64,000 nt of DNA from an uncultured Acidobacteriota bacterium (GTDB lineage: Bacteria; Acidobacteriota; Polarisedimenticolia; J045): contig CAVPCQ010000017.1 in the NCBI GenBank assembly GCA_963702425.1, positions 128,001-192,000 of the forward strand. Reading direction: 5' to 3'. Positions 10,071 to 20,670 of this stretch are shown here, piece after piece. The first letter of the stretch is position 1, and the number at the start of each line of letters is the position of its first letter. The notes under the pieces are model-generated. The model was not told the DNA's origin. It did not search any database and was given only the letters and a program-made list of their open reading frames with translations. The translations under genes and the position numbers were made by a program.

Positions 10071-10613
10071 TCACGGACAGGGCGCGGGGTTGCCGCGCTC
10101 GACGCCGCCGCTGGTGGATCCCTTCGTTCCTTCCTCGCGCAGTCGGTTCACGGCGGTGACGAGATAGAAGTAGCCCGCACCGACCGCGGGCACGCCGGGA
10201 TCGGCATACGCGGTGCCCAGGACCTCGCCGTCGAGGCAGGCACCGAACCCGAAGCCCGGGAGCGCGGACAGCGCGTCACGGTAGATGTGGTAGCGCCCGA
10301 GGGACGGCTCCGCGTCCCAGTTCAGCGTCGCCCGGTCGGCGGCGAGGCGCAGGCCGCGGACCTCGCCCGGCGGCGGGTAGGCCGCCGCGAAGCCGAACTC
10401 GCCGCGGAAGCGCGCGCCGAGGAGCGCATGGCGGCCGACCCCTTGGCCGATCGACGCGGGCTGCAGTCGGAAGCGTCCGCCGCCGACGGTTGCCCCCGCC
10501 GGTGCGCCACCTGCGTTGGACGCCCTCTCGACCGCGCGGAAACGCGCTCCTTCCTGGGCGAGGACCGCCGGGACGACGAGGATGACGGCGTAGGGGGCCA
10601 GGGCGCGGAGCAT
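10071..10613 (-). CDS. Small secreted protein, partner of the fibre protein, ending in an FN3-like Cys-Pro terminal domain
   Basis: AGGAGG RBS before ATG 10613; signal peptide; GG..FRL..SIGQ..GF segment; YFYLVTAVN..EGTKG.TS.G.ER...CP end. Confidence 0.75.
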   Translation of the reverse strand: MLRALAPYAVILVVPAVLAQEGARFRAVERASNAGGAPAGATVGGGRFRLQPASIGQGVGRHALLGARFRGEFGFAAAYPPPGEVRGLRLAADRATLNWDAEPSLGRYHIYRDALSALPGFGFGACLDGEVLGTAYADPGVPAVGAGYFYLVTAVNRLREEGTKGSTSGGVERGNPAPCP

Positions 10614-10759
10614 GGAGTCCTCCTGAGCTCGTCCTTGAAGACAGTGCCCCCCCGAATATCTACTAGTCCGCGTGGCCGCGAGCTGGCGCGCTCCCACGCG
10701 GAGCGCGACCGATACCCGGCAGGAGGGGTTCTCCTTGAGGCCCGCATCCGGCATTCGGA

Positions 10760-10890
10760 GGTCCTTTCCGGAAATCGGCACGGACCCTCGGCGATCGTCT
10801 TCGAGACGCTCGAATCGATCGACCGGCTCGCCGAGTTGGTCCAGCCACCGCGCCGGCACCTCGTCCGGTATTACGGGGTCCTCTGCCCTC
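10760..10890 (+). pseudogene. IS91-family (Y2 HUH) transposase fragment
   Basis: VFETLESIDRLAELVQPPRRHLVRYYGVL resembles the conserved LARLAALVPPPRxHLxRYxGV segment of IS91/IS1294 transposases. Confidence 0.65.
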
Positions 10891-10895
10891 GGCCC

Positions 10896-12010
10896 GACGT
10901 GAAACGTGGCCATTCCCGCCCACCGCTGCGCTCCGGCCGCAGCCAAGTCGTTGACCTTCGCGATCCGGCGGTACACTTTCGCGATCGGACCCCGATCGGG
11001 CGTGCGATCGGTCCATGGACGCTATTCTCGACAAGCACGCCGACAAGATCCACGGCTCGCTCTCCTGCTTCGACCGCGTGCTCTTTCGCGGCTACCTGCC
11101 GCTGCTCTCGGGTCGGGAGATCCTTCCGTTCCTCGAGTGCCGGGGGGGCCGGCCTGACGGTCTGAAGGACTTGCTCGTCGGGCAGGCCGAGCGCCTGAAG
11201 CAGTGCGCGCGTCAACTTGCCCAGCGCCAGGACCCAGCCGTTCCTGGCCCTCGCGGAGCGGGTCCGCAAGGCCGAGAAGGCGCGCGAGATTGCCGAGCGG
11301 AGCGGGATCACGGAGGGATTGGATTGCGTGCTGTCGACGCTCGAGCCGTGCTGGACGTTCGCTCTCCGTTGGGATGAAGCACGACAACGTCTTCCTCCGC
11401 GTCGAGACCGTGATCAATGAGCCCGACGAGTTCCGGGTTCGCGGCGGCGGACGCCGCGTGACGGCGTGGGTCCCCTTGTGGAAGAGCGTGGCCACCCTCT
11501 CCCGCTACTGCGAGAGTTCGCTTCGGAGCAACGCGCTGTATCTCAACGCCCTGGCCCGGGTCGATGACCCAACGGAGGTCGTGTGCGCCCTGGACTCCAT
11601 CACGACGCGCAAGCACACCGCCACCGCGCGGCCGGTCAAGCCCTCCCATCCGCTCTCTCGACCCGAAGCCCAGCTCTTCGCCACCCTGATGCGAGGCGAA
11701 CATGCGCTTCATGGCTTCACGAATCGCGAGCTCGTACGAAGCTCGACTCCTCCGCCTTTCGCCTGGACGACGATCCCCGGAAGTGCAGCGCCCAGATCAG
11801 TCGGCTCCCCCACCGGCTCCACGTCTATCGACTAGTCGCCAAGATCCCACGCTCCCGCCACTGGTGGGTCGCCAAGTTCGGCTGGCGCGTCATGAGCGCG
11901 GCCCTCCAGCTCCGGTACACGAAGTTTCCAGCCTCCTTCGCTGCGGCTGATTGACCATTCCGCCCGCTTCCCTGGAGAATGCGGAGCAGTTACGAAGGAA
12001 GGAGATACCC
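10896..12010 (+). mobile_element. Degenerate unclassified mobile element, copy 1 (frameshifted, internally deleted ORF at 11015-11954)
   Basis: MDAILDKHADKIHGSLSCFDRVLFRGYLP, LRVETVINEPDEFRV, GFTNREL, SRLPHRLHVYRLVAKIPRS; paralogous to 21290-22080 including the non-coding 3' end. Confidence 0.6.
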
Positions 12011-12175
12011 CTTGTCCGCCGAGACGATCGATCGACTGATGTCGCGGGCGGGGCATCCTCTCCGCCAGCACCATGCAGGAGTCCGGGAGACAGTTCCCGG
12101 CTCTCCAAACAGGCAGGCACCGCCGACGGATCTCACGCGATGATCCGGCGGTCGTTCCCAGCAAGAGGAGGCTCC

Positions 12176-13852
12176 ATGAGAAAGTGTCTCACGGTGCTGG
12201 GAGTGGCGGTCGTGGCCGTCCTCCTGACCACCTCCGCGTTCGCACAGAGCCGCGGAGTCACCTTCACCCCGATCGGCTTCATCGATCCCCCGGGACCGTT
12301 CCCGGCGTCGAGCATCCTCGCGATGAACCCGCAGGGCACCATCTTCGTGGCGAGCCCGTCCTTCAGGTCCAGCTACGCGGTCGTGTGGACGCGCGAGGGC
12401 GGGTGGGGGACGCAGATCGGCAACGTCGCTCCCCCCATCCGGATCTCGGAGGATGGCACGATCATGGCGAACGCGCCCTGCACGGGCTCGAACCCGCCCT
12501 ACCCCCCGGAGCCGCCCCACCTATGGCCGAGCACCTGGCTCGACACGGTGAAATCATGGAAGCCGATCACGGAATGCTGGTTCTGCAGCTTCGGCTCCGG
12601 CATGTCGTTCTACGACATGGGCGGCAACGGCGATTACGCCGCCGGGCTGACCTGGTCGGGGTGCAGCGTCGCCCGGGGCTTCCTGTGGGACAAGGCGACG
12701 AACACCACCATCGACACCGGCTCCCCCAACGGTCTGAGCACCCGGGCGAACGCCGTCACCTGCGACGGCTCGGCCGTGATCGGCTGGGGTACGGCGCTGT
12801 GGGGCGGCCGGCGTGGCGCGCGCTGGGAGAAGGAGACCGGCACCTGGACCTTCTACGGTGACCCGGCCGGCCAGGAGCCCAAGGCCTGCAAGGTGACCCC
12901 CAAGGGCTGCACCTCGGATTCGGCCGACCCGGTGCGCGGCTGCCCCGAGTACGTCGACGACGGCTCCTGCCCGACCTCGAGCAAGGGGACCTGCACGGCC
13001 GGCGTCTGCGTCGGCGGCTTCGACGCGGGCAAGACCTGCACCAGCAGCTCGCAGTGCGGCGGAACGTGCGCCGGCGGGCCGAACGACGGCAAGCGCTGCA
13101 CGTCGAACGGCAGCTGTCCCGACACGCCGGTCTGCCTGCCCAACCCGCTCTGGACCGACGACCTCTGGAAGGGCGAGGCGTTCGACGCCACCTCCGACGG
13201 CAAGTATGCGGTCGGCCGGAACTTCGACTACGGCCTGGGGTGGAACGACGGCTACCGGGTGAACCCGGACGGCAGCTTCGACCGGATCCCGACGTTCCCG
13301 GACTTCCCGTACATCCTCAATCCGTACGTGATCAGCGACAACAGCTACGCCGTCGCCGGTGCCGTCGGCGACTTCTTCTCCGGCACCGCGCCGTTCATCT
13401 GGAACAAGGACGTCGGCACGATCGACTTCCAGTTGTTCCTGATCGGGCAGGGGCTCGACGAGCTGTACTTCTGGTACCTGAGCTCGATCAACGCGATCAG
13501 CGCCAACGGCAGGATCGTCGCCGGTGCGGGAACCAACCCCGACGGTCTGCTCGAGGGCTGGATCGTCGACCTCAACTACGTCCTCGTCTGCCGCAATCCC
13601 GACCCGGCCGCCGCCGGCGCGGACCCCGGCTGCAAGGACGGGACCGGCGATGGTTGCCGTACGATGCGCGTCGCCTACGAGACCGTCGGCGATGCGAGCG
13701 AATACGGCTCCTGCGAGTTCAAGCGCTCGGGTGGTCTGGCGCGCGCGCAGGAACTGCGCCAGGAGCTGACCGAGAAGTACCACTCGGGCGTCTTCAACGG
13801 CCCGTACAAGTTCGGTCCCAAGCGCAACGAGGGCCCGAGCGAGACGCGCTAG
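12176..13852 (+). CDS. Secreted HAF-repeat (beta-propeller-like) protein with Cys-rich insert
   Basis: AGGAGG RBS; signal peptide ending AFA; STRANAVTCDGSAVIGW, AFDATSDGKYAVG, AISANGRIVAGAG..PDG..EGW; CxGG..G..C....C repeats. Confidence 0.8.
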   Translation: MRKCLTVLGVAVVAVLLTTSAFAQSRGVTFTPIGFIDPPGPFPASSILAMNPQGTIFVASPSFRSSYAVVWTREGGWGTQIGNVAPPIRISEDGTIMANAPCTGSNPPYPPEPPHLWPSTWLDTVKSWKPITECWFCSFGSGMSFYDMGGNGDYAAGLTWSGCSVARGFLWDKATNTTIDTGSPNGLSTRANAVTCDGSAVIGWGTALWGGRRGARWEKETGTWTFYGDPAGQEPKACKVTPKGCTSDSADPVRGCPEYVDDGSCPTSSKGTCTAGVCVGGFDAGKTCTSSSQCGGTCAGGPNDGKRCTSNGSCPDTPVCLPNPLWTDDLWKGEAFDATSDGKYAVGRNFDYGLGWNDGYRVNPDGSFDRIPTFPDFPYILNPYVISDNSYAVAGAVGDFFSGTAPFIWNKDVGTIDFQLFLIGQGLDELYFWYLSSINAISANGRIVAGAGTNPDGLLEGWIVDLNYVLVCRNPDPAAAGADPGCKDGTGDGCRTMRVAYETVGDASEYGSCEFKRSGGLARAQELRQELTEKYHSGVFNGPYKFGPKRNEGPSETR

Positions 13853-13887
13853 TTCGAGAACGTCCGGTAGGCGGTCAGCGTCGATAG

Positions 13888-13930
13888 AAAAAACGGCGCG
13901 GCGGGTCGTGCAGCGACGGCCCGCCGCCGT
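13888..13930. terminator. GC-rich hairpin with flanking A6 tract; possible intrinsic terminator
   Basis: aaaaaACGGC(gc)GGCGGGTCGT-gcagcg-ACGGCCCGCCGCCGT shortly after the stop at 13852; the U-tract falls on the minus strand. Confidence 0.4.
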
Positions 13931-14023
13931 CGTCTCACCGGGTGGCGCGCCTGTGCTCCTCGACCTCGATCCCGCTCAGCATTTCGAGACGGGCGCCAGA
14001 TCTAGGAGCAGAGGCGGCGGACC

Positions 14024-14585
14024 ATGCGTGACCTCCTTGCAGTGCGGACCGTGGTGATCGTAGCGGCCGTTGCACTCCCGGCCAGGGCCACGGACCCTGT
14101 CAACCGGCTTGGGGATACCCCCACGCACAGCGGGGTCGACACCCCGCCGACCGGCAAGGTGTTCTTCGACACCGTGGTGGGCCACTGTCCCAGCGGCCAG
14201 ATCGTGTGCGGCGGGGTTTGCGATGTCGACAGCGACGCGGACACGTTCTGCGACCATCTGGACAACTGCCCGAACCGGGCCAACACGGACCAGGTCAACC
14301 GGGACGGAGACCAGGCGGGGGACGTCTGCGATTACAAGCAACGCCGTCACTGAATATCACACTCTCATGCTGGTTCGCGGGTTGTCGTTCATGTGGATCC
14401 AGGGCCTGGGCTTCGGCAGACTCTACGACTTCCTGATCTATCGCGGATTCGCGCGTGCGCAATGGGGCCATTTCTCCAACAGCTTCATCCCGTTGGACCT
14501 CTCGAGCGACGGTCGCGTCATCGTCGGTGGTACCGGGGCCGTCTCCGGCTTGCCCGGCTGGGTCGCGATCACGCGACACGACTGA
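14024..14585 (+). pseudogene. Internally deleted, inverted paralog of the 17869-19542 gene
   Basis: Keeps the signal peptide, CPSGQIVCGGVCDVDSDADTFCDHLDNCP and the C-terminal GAVSGLPGWVAITRHD; two deletions and a frameshift; ~60 bp of downstream non-coding sequence also shared. Confidence 0.88.
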
Positions 14586-14922
14586 GAGCGGTCGGTCTCT
14601 GCGCTCGCAGATGGCGGGTCGGTGACGATCCGCCGCCCGTCGACTTCGTGGCCGGACCGCGCACCTTCGGGCACGCTACTCCGCGAATCGCCGCCGACCT
14701 ACCCCGGCCGATCCACGAGTTCGACCGGGCGCTTCGGTAGAGCAGCCGTCCGGCTGGTCTGGCCCCACGATCGGTCACCCCGCCCCTGGTGCCGTCCTCA
14801 GCCAGGGAACGAAACGCGGGCAGAACCCATTATCTACCGCCGTCTTCCGCTTCCGGACATCTGCCCGGCCTTCTCCCACTCCGCTCGCCTGTGTACTCCT
14901 CGTGCCTATTGGAGACGCTGCC

Positions 14923-15476
14923 ATGCTGGCTATCGCGCGGCCGACCGCTTCAATCCTCCGTCTCGCATCGATGTCGAGCTGCGCCGCCGTTCTGGCCCTT
15001 GTCGTGCCGTCCTTCGCGCACGTGGCGGCGCGCCAGGTGCCCCAGGAAGAACTCCCCAAGAACGGGTTCCTCTCCCCGATGGAGTTCGAGACGCCCCTTG
15101 CCCTGAAGGTCCCGCCGCCCGAGCAGTCCTCTCGTTCGATCATCGAAGTGAAGGACTTCGCCGAGTTCATCTGTGACGATGTGCCCCTAAGCTCGTCACG
15201 TTCGAGGTCGGTCCGCAGAAGAAGGGGCAGACTGGCGTCCCGGTCAAGGTCATCGCGGAGATCTACACGCGGCCCAGCTACGACCGGGCGGTCAGCCTGA
15301 CGTTCACGCTCCTCCAGGATGACAGGGTGGCCGGCCTTGCTTCGATTCTCGACATTGATGCGGAGGAGAAGAAGACGAGGCGCAAGTCGACGGCCTTCGT
15401 CCTGAAAGTGGATCCCTCCCCAGGTGAGCTGGAGCTTCGGCTCCGGGCTCGCGTCGAGGTACTGGACAACAAGTAG
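14923..15476 (+). CDS. Hypothetical exported protein with one frameshift near 15190
   Basis: Signal-like start, then ..DFAEFICDDVPL; coding-like codon usage continues in another frame (KLVTFEVG...RARVEVLDNK*) to TAG 15476. Confidence 0.45.
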
Positions 15477-15589
15477 GGGGCGGATACGGGGCTGGCGGGA
15501 CCGGGCCCGCGGTGGTGACCCAACAGGTTCACGCTGTGCTGAGGCCGGGGGATGCCGTCCTCGCGAAGGACAGTCGGGCGTGCCGATGC

Positions 15590-17631
15590 ATTGGTAGATC
15601 CTATCGCGCCCGACCGGGTTGCCCCGTCGGACGTGCAAGACCCCCTTTCAAACCGTGCGTGCGGATTTCCCGCACACGGCTTACCGGTGGTCTCTCGAGG
15701 CGCGGCATTACACGGCCTGCCAGAAGGGCTGTTCGGGGGACTGGATCGTGCCCCGCAGCCGGTGCAATCCCAGGTTCCAGAAGTACTCGCGCGTCCACCG
15801 GGCCGCCTCGCCAGGCTGGAGCGACCGGCCTTGGCGCTGAAGCCGCAAGCGCCGGAGCCGTTGCCAGACGTAGCGATCGACCTGATTGAAGCGTTTGGCG
15901 GCATTCCCGGTGCGGAAGTAGGCCCCCCACCCGCGCAGGACGGGGTTGAGGACGGCGATCACCTCGCGCAGATCGGCGTGGCATCGTCCCCGCGGGGTCA
16001 GCTCCTTCACGCGCTGCCGGATCCGCTTCATCGCCCGTGGAGACGGCCACCGGTGCAGAAAGTACAGGCGCTGGTCCCGTCTGCTCCCAGACCTTGCCGC
16101 TCAGGCGCTTGTGCAGATGGCAGCCGAGGAAGTCGAAACCCTCCTGGCCGTTCCAGAGTTCGACCCGCCTCGTCTTTTCCGGGTGTAGTTCCAGACCGAG
16201 CCGCCCGAGGATCGCCCGTATCCGCTCCTCGGCCCGCTCGCACGCCACCTTCGTGCGGCACAGCACCACGAAGTCGTCACAGTAACGCACCAGCGTCCCC
16301 AAGGGAGCGCTGTGTCGCGTCCACAGGACATCCAGCACGTGCAGGTAGATGTTCGACAGCAACGGTGAAATCACCCCGCCCTGCGGCGTCCCCGCGATCG
16401 TCGGGGTCACCGTGCCATCCTCCAGCACCCCAGCCTCGAGCCACTGCCGCAGCAGCTTGAGCACCCGCCGATCCGAGACGCGTCGCCCGACGAGTTTCAG
16501 CAACTTGTCGTGGTCGATGCTCCCAAAGTAGTTGCGGATGTCCGCGTCGAGCACGTGATGGTGCCCCTTCGCGCCGAGCTTCCTCAGCGTCTCCAGCGCA
16601 CCCTGCGCGCTCCGCTTGGGGCGGAAGCCATACGAAACCGGCAGGAAGTCGGCCTCGAAGATCGGCTCCAGCACCAGCTTCGCCGCCCTCTGCACCACCC
16701 GGTCCCGGACCGTCGGGATGCCCAAAGGCCGCTGCCTTCCGTCAGCCTTCGGGATGGACCGGCGCAGCACCACCCCTGCCCGGTACTCCTTCGCACGCAG
16801 GGCCTGGCCGAGCTCATCCAACATCCGCTCGACCCCATACCGCTCGACCTCGGCGATCGTCTCCTTGTCCACGCCCGCCGCGCCGCGGTTCGCCCGCACC
16901 CGCCCCCACGCTTCCCGCAGGACGTCACCCCTGCAGATGTGGTCGTACAACGCGTGAAAACGCCTCCCAGCCGACCGTTTGGCCGCACTCCACAGCCGTC
17001 GTTGCAGTCGTCGCACTTTGTCGCGCGCCGTTCCGGCGCCGGGGTCGTTAGGTCCGCTCGCGGCGGCCATTCCCTCGCGCTTACCTGCTCCGACGACACA
17101 ACCACCGCAGGGACCCTTCCCTCCCGCCGCGTTCTTCGTCGCGACGATCACCGGTACTACGATCCCCTCGGACTCCCGCTGCGCAGCGGCCGATTTCGCC
17201 TCCGGCTGATACGACGCGCCTGGCCCCGACGTGGGCCGCGCAGACGGGTCTCTCGTGTTCCGCACCGCTCCTTGCACGCGTGCTGCGCCCCCTACCCCGC
17301 CGGGACCGCCCGCGCGCTCCGGTTCTGACGCGGGCGGTGTTGCCTTCGCCGTGACATGAGCGGCTCGGCCCCCGGATTGTTCCTCTGTCGAGGCTGCAGG
17401 CTTCACTTCAGGTTGCGGCCCGCGTGCTCGCTCCCTGCGGCACGGCTTCCGCCGCCTCGCAGGCTTTCGATGCCCCGCTCGGGCAAGGCGGTCTCCCGCC
17501 CTCGCCGGGGGCCTGCTACCCGGCGCGCCGGCGCTTACCGGGGCGGGACTTCCACCCGCTGGATCGGTGCAGCTTGAAACCGGCCCCATCGCCGTCTGCT
17601 GGCCCTGGCCACCGGCTTCTTCACGACGCAC
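15590..17631 (-). mobile_element. Group II intron 1 (endonuclease-less bacterial lineage)
   Basis: 5' GTGCG at 17631; domain V AAGCCGTGTGCGGGAAATCCGCACGCACGGTTTG; domain VI ending CTACCAAT near 15590 (3' end +/- a few nt). Confidence 0.88.
15708..17070 (-). CDS. ltrA: Group II intron reverse transcriptase/maturase, frameshift near 16075
   Basis: GAAGVD, IPKADGRQRPLGIPTVRDRVVQ, SYGFRPKRS, GTPQGGVISPLLSNIYL, YCDD, FDFLG, LNPVLRGWGAYF. Confidence 0.93.
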
Positions 17632-17868
17632 CATCGAGGTGAGGATACCGCTGCGGGGTCGCGCTCAGTCGCTCGTCCCCGTCGGAATCGCTCCCATGCG
17701 TGCCCGTCCGGACGCATCGCCGTCGCGGGGGCCGGGCGCGTCCCCGACGCCCGCACTGACCCCACGACCGGTCGCCCCGCCCCCGGGGCTATCCTCCCCA
17801 GAGTGCGAAGTCGACGGGCCGCGGATCGTCGCCGACCCGCCATCTGCGAGCGCAGGGGCCGACCGCGC

Positions 17869-19542
17869 TCAGTTGTGTCGCGTGATCGTGACCCAGCCGG
17901 GCAAGCCGGACACGGCCCCGGTACGACCGACAATGACGCGACCGTCGCTCGAGAGGTCCAACGCGATGAAGCTGTCGGAGAAATGGCCGAGTTGCGCACG
18001 AGTGAATCCGCGATAGATCAGGTAGTCGTAGAGATCGCCGAAGCCCACGCCCTGGACCCAGATGAACGGCAACCCGCTGGCCAGCATGTTCGTGTGGTAT
18101 CCGGTGATGACGTTCCCGCCATCCGAGATCGCCACGGCCCTGGGGCTCCACTCCACGTCCAGGGTGCCAGGACCCAGGGGCGAGAGTCCTCCTGTGAAGG
18201 TCCAGCGGCACGCGCGATTCCCGGACGACACCGACGCCGCCGACCCGTCGAACGTGACGTCGTAGGCCACGCCGAAGTCGTTCATCCACTCCGGCCAGTA
18301 CGTGGCCGGCGGCTGGTAGGTCCAGATCACGCCGGTCTCCGAGCCCAGCTCCGGGTTCGCGGATCCCACGATCCTGCCGCCGTCGCCCGACACGCCCTCG
18401 ACGAGCCGCACCGACGTGTCCTCGGGACCACGGAACAGCTGCCAATCCTCGGCCGCGATGTCGTAGCGGTATCCGACCAGCTTGCAGGGTTGCTCGACCG
18501 TCGGCGTCCTGCCGTAGACGACCTTGCCGTCCGAGGTCATGTCGGCGCCCTCGCTGTAGAAACGGCACGCGTCAATGTTGATGGTGTCGTCGTACAGACC
18601 CAGAACCTCCCAGTTGCCGTTGGTCCGGTCGTAGATCGCCGCGGCACTGACCTTGGACACCGATTGCGGGACGTAGGTGTTGATGCTGGCCAGCACCAGG
18701 TTGTTGTCGTCGCTGAACCCGCGGATCTGGCTCACCCGCTCGATCCCCATGTACTCGTAGTAGCTGGTGTCCGACGGGTTCGCGATGAACGCCTCGGTCG
18801 GAATCAGGACGCCCCGCAAGGTGCTGGGCTCGAGCGCGGCGATCCACCGGCCGTCCCGCGAGACGCGTAGGGCCTGGTGGCCCGGCAACTCGGCGTAGAA
18901 TCGGTCCGGCATGGAGAAGTTGCACAATCCCGTCGGGCACGAATCGCACGCATTCGGCAGGCCGCCGCGGTCGGAGTCCAGCGCATCGTTGCTGTTCGGA
19001 CACTGGTCGTGGCAGTTGGGCACGCCGTCGCCGTCGCTGTCCGCGGTGTCCTCGACCTTGAAACAGCCGCACCTGCCGCGGTCGACTTTCGCCAGATCAC
19101 TGATACAGTAATCGCAGACGTCTCCCGCCTGGTCGCCGTCCTGGTTGGCCTGGTCCGTGTTGGCCCGGCTCGGACAGTTGTCCAGATGGTCGCAGAACGT
19201 GTCGGCGTCGCTGTCGACATCGCAAACCCCGCCGCAGACGAGCTGGCCGCTGGGACATTGGCCCACCACGACGTAGAAAAACACCTTGCCGGCCGGCGGT
19301 GTGTCGATCCAGCTGTTCGTACTGGTATCCCCAAGTCGGTTGCCGGGGTCCGTGGCCCGGGTCGGATCCGTCGACCGGAATACGGTGTAGGTCGGAATCG
19401 TCCCGGTCCAGCTGAGGGTCACGGAGGTGGCGCTCTGTCCCCTCGACACCCTCAGGTCAATGCCCTCGGGCGCGGCGGCCCGGGCCGGGAGCGCAATGGC
19501 TGCGACGATCAGTACGGTCCGCACTGCAATGAGGGCACGCAT
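17869..19542 (-). CDS. Secreted protein: N-terminal FN3-like domain, thrombospondin type-3 repeats, HAF-like propeller
   Basis: GGAGG RBS; signal peptide; DNCPSRANTDQANQDGDQAGDVCD and DSDGDGVPNCHDQCP; repeated VSxDG / ISDGG / LSSDGRVIVG. Confidence 0.82.
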   Translation of the reverse strand: MRALIAVRTVLIVAAIALPARAAAPEGIDLRVSRGQSATSVTLSWTGTIPTYTVFRSTDPTRATDPGNRLGDTSTNSWIDTPPAGKVFFYVVVGQCPSGQLVCGGVCDVDSDADTFCDHLDNCPSRANTDQANQDGDQAGDVCDYCISDLAKVDRGRCGCFKVEDTADSDGDGVPNCHDQCPNSNDALDSDRGGLPNACDSCPTGLCNFSMPDRFYAELPGHQALRVSRDGRWIAALEPSTLRGVLIPTEAFIANPSDTSYYEYMGIERVSQIRGFSDDNNLVLASINTYVPQSVSKVSAAAIYDRTNGNWEVLGLYDDTINIDACRFYSEGADMTSDGKVVYGRTPTVEQPCKLVGYRYDIAAEDWQLFRGPEDTSVRLVEGVSGDGGRIVGSANPELGSETGVIWTYQPPATYWPEWMNDFGVAYDVTFDGSAASVSSGNRACRWTFTGGLSPLGPGTLDVEWSPRAVAISDGGNVITGYHTNMLASGLPFIWVQGVGFGDLYDYLIYRGFTRAQLGHFSDSFIALDLSSDGRVIVGRTGAVSGLPGWVTITRHN

Positions 19543-19584
19543 GGTCCACCTCCTCTGATTCCAGTGACGATTCCGGTCTGCGAG

Positions 19585-20670
19585 CTAGTGAAACGGAGCA
19601 TCGAAGTAGACCACGGACCCCTGCAGGCGACCCTCGGGGTCGACGCCATTCCGGATGAGCGCCTTCCCGTCGCGCGTGATCGCCGCGATCGTCTCGAACG
19701 ACCAGCCGTCGATTCCGGGGACCTTGTCGGACCGCAGGTAAACGTCGAGATAGCGGAACGTATTCGGCTCGGCCCAAATCCAGGCGTCGCGGGGTCCTTC
19801 GAAGTAGGTGGCCCCGACGACGATCGAGCCGTTTTCGGAGGCATCGGTCGCGTAGCTTCTGCAGGCCCGGTAGCCGCCCGGCAACCCGCAGATCGGGCCA
19901 ACCGTCTTCATTCCCGAGCCTGCCTTCCAGCGCCAGCCCCAGCCCGGACCGAGACCGCTCCCGACGATCACGCTCCCGTCGGAATTGGTCGCCTCGGCCT
20001 CGCCGACGAGGTCCGCCTGGTTGCCGAGGATCCACTCCTCGACGCCGTCGACCCGCTTCGCACCGCGCCGCGAGCTGTCCTCCTCGTCCTGCCAGCCGAC
20101 GACGACGCGGCCGTTGCCCGAGACGCCGTTGGCACGAGTCGCGCTGCGATCGAAGAAGGTGCCGAGACTCGTAACGTCCTTGGTGACCAGGTCGAACTCG
20201 CCGGCAGTGGCCGAGCAGCGAGTTGGTAACCAGACCGAGCCGACCGCCTTGCTGCCGTCCGTGGTGATCCCCCAGCCGCTGCTCACGTTGAAGTCGCACG
20301 GCAGGCCCCCGGGCACCGTGCCGAGGGTCTCCCACGACTCGCCACCGAGCCAGCGTGCGGCGTTCCAGAGGCCGTTTTCATCCGTCGCGCAGCCGACGAT
20401 GGTGCGACCGTCTCCCGAGATCACCGTGCGGCTCACCGGACGACCACCGCCGAGCAATACGGCCCCCCCGTCACGAGTCCAGTAGAAATTGGGGCCGTAC
20501 CAGATCGATCCGACGACCTTCGTCCCGTCGTCGGAGATGTCTGAGAAGAAGGCGCCCAGCGGACCGACCGGCATGAACGTGATACCGCCGGCCAGCGCTG
20601 AACCAAACGCCGCGACCAGGAGAATGATGAAGGCGAGGCAGGCGACATTCCTGCGTCGTGACATGAGCAT
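19585..20670 (-). CDS. Secreted HAF-repeat protein
   Basis: Signal peptide ending ALA; DISDDGTKVVG, ISGDGRTIVG, TRANGVSGNGRVVVGW, ATNSDGSVIVG, DASENGSIVVG. Confidence 0.88.
   Translation of the reverse strand: MLMSRRRNVACLAFIILLVAAFGSALAGGITFMPVGPLGAFFSDISDDGTKVVGSIWYGPNFYWTRDGGAVLLGGGRPVSRTVISGDGRTIVGCATDENGLWNAARWLGGESWETLGTVPGGLPCDFNVSSGWGITTDGSKAVGSVWLPTRCSATAGEFDLVTKDVTSLGTFFDRSATRANGVSGNGRVVVGWQDEEDSSRRGAKRVDGVEEWILGNQADLVGEAEATNSDGSVIVGSGLGPGWGWRWKAGSGMKTVGPICGLPGGYRACRSYATDASENGSIVVGATYFEGPRDAWIWAEPNTFRYLDVYLRSDKVPGIDGWSFETIAAITRDGKALIRNGVDPEGRLQGSVVYFDAPFH

Noticed and set aside
14024-19542. Diversity-generating retroelement (RT between a gene and a partial repeat)
   Set aside because: Mismatches between the repeats involve all four bases rather than adenines only, and the RT sits inside a complete group II intron with domains V and VI
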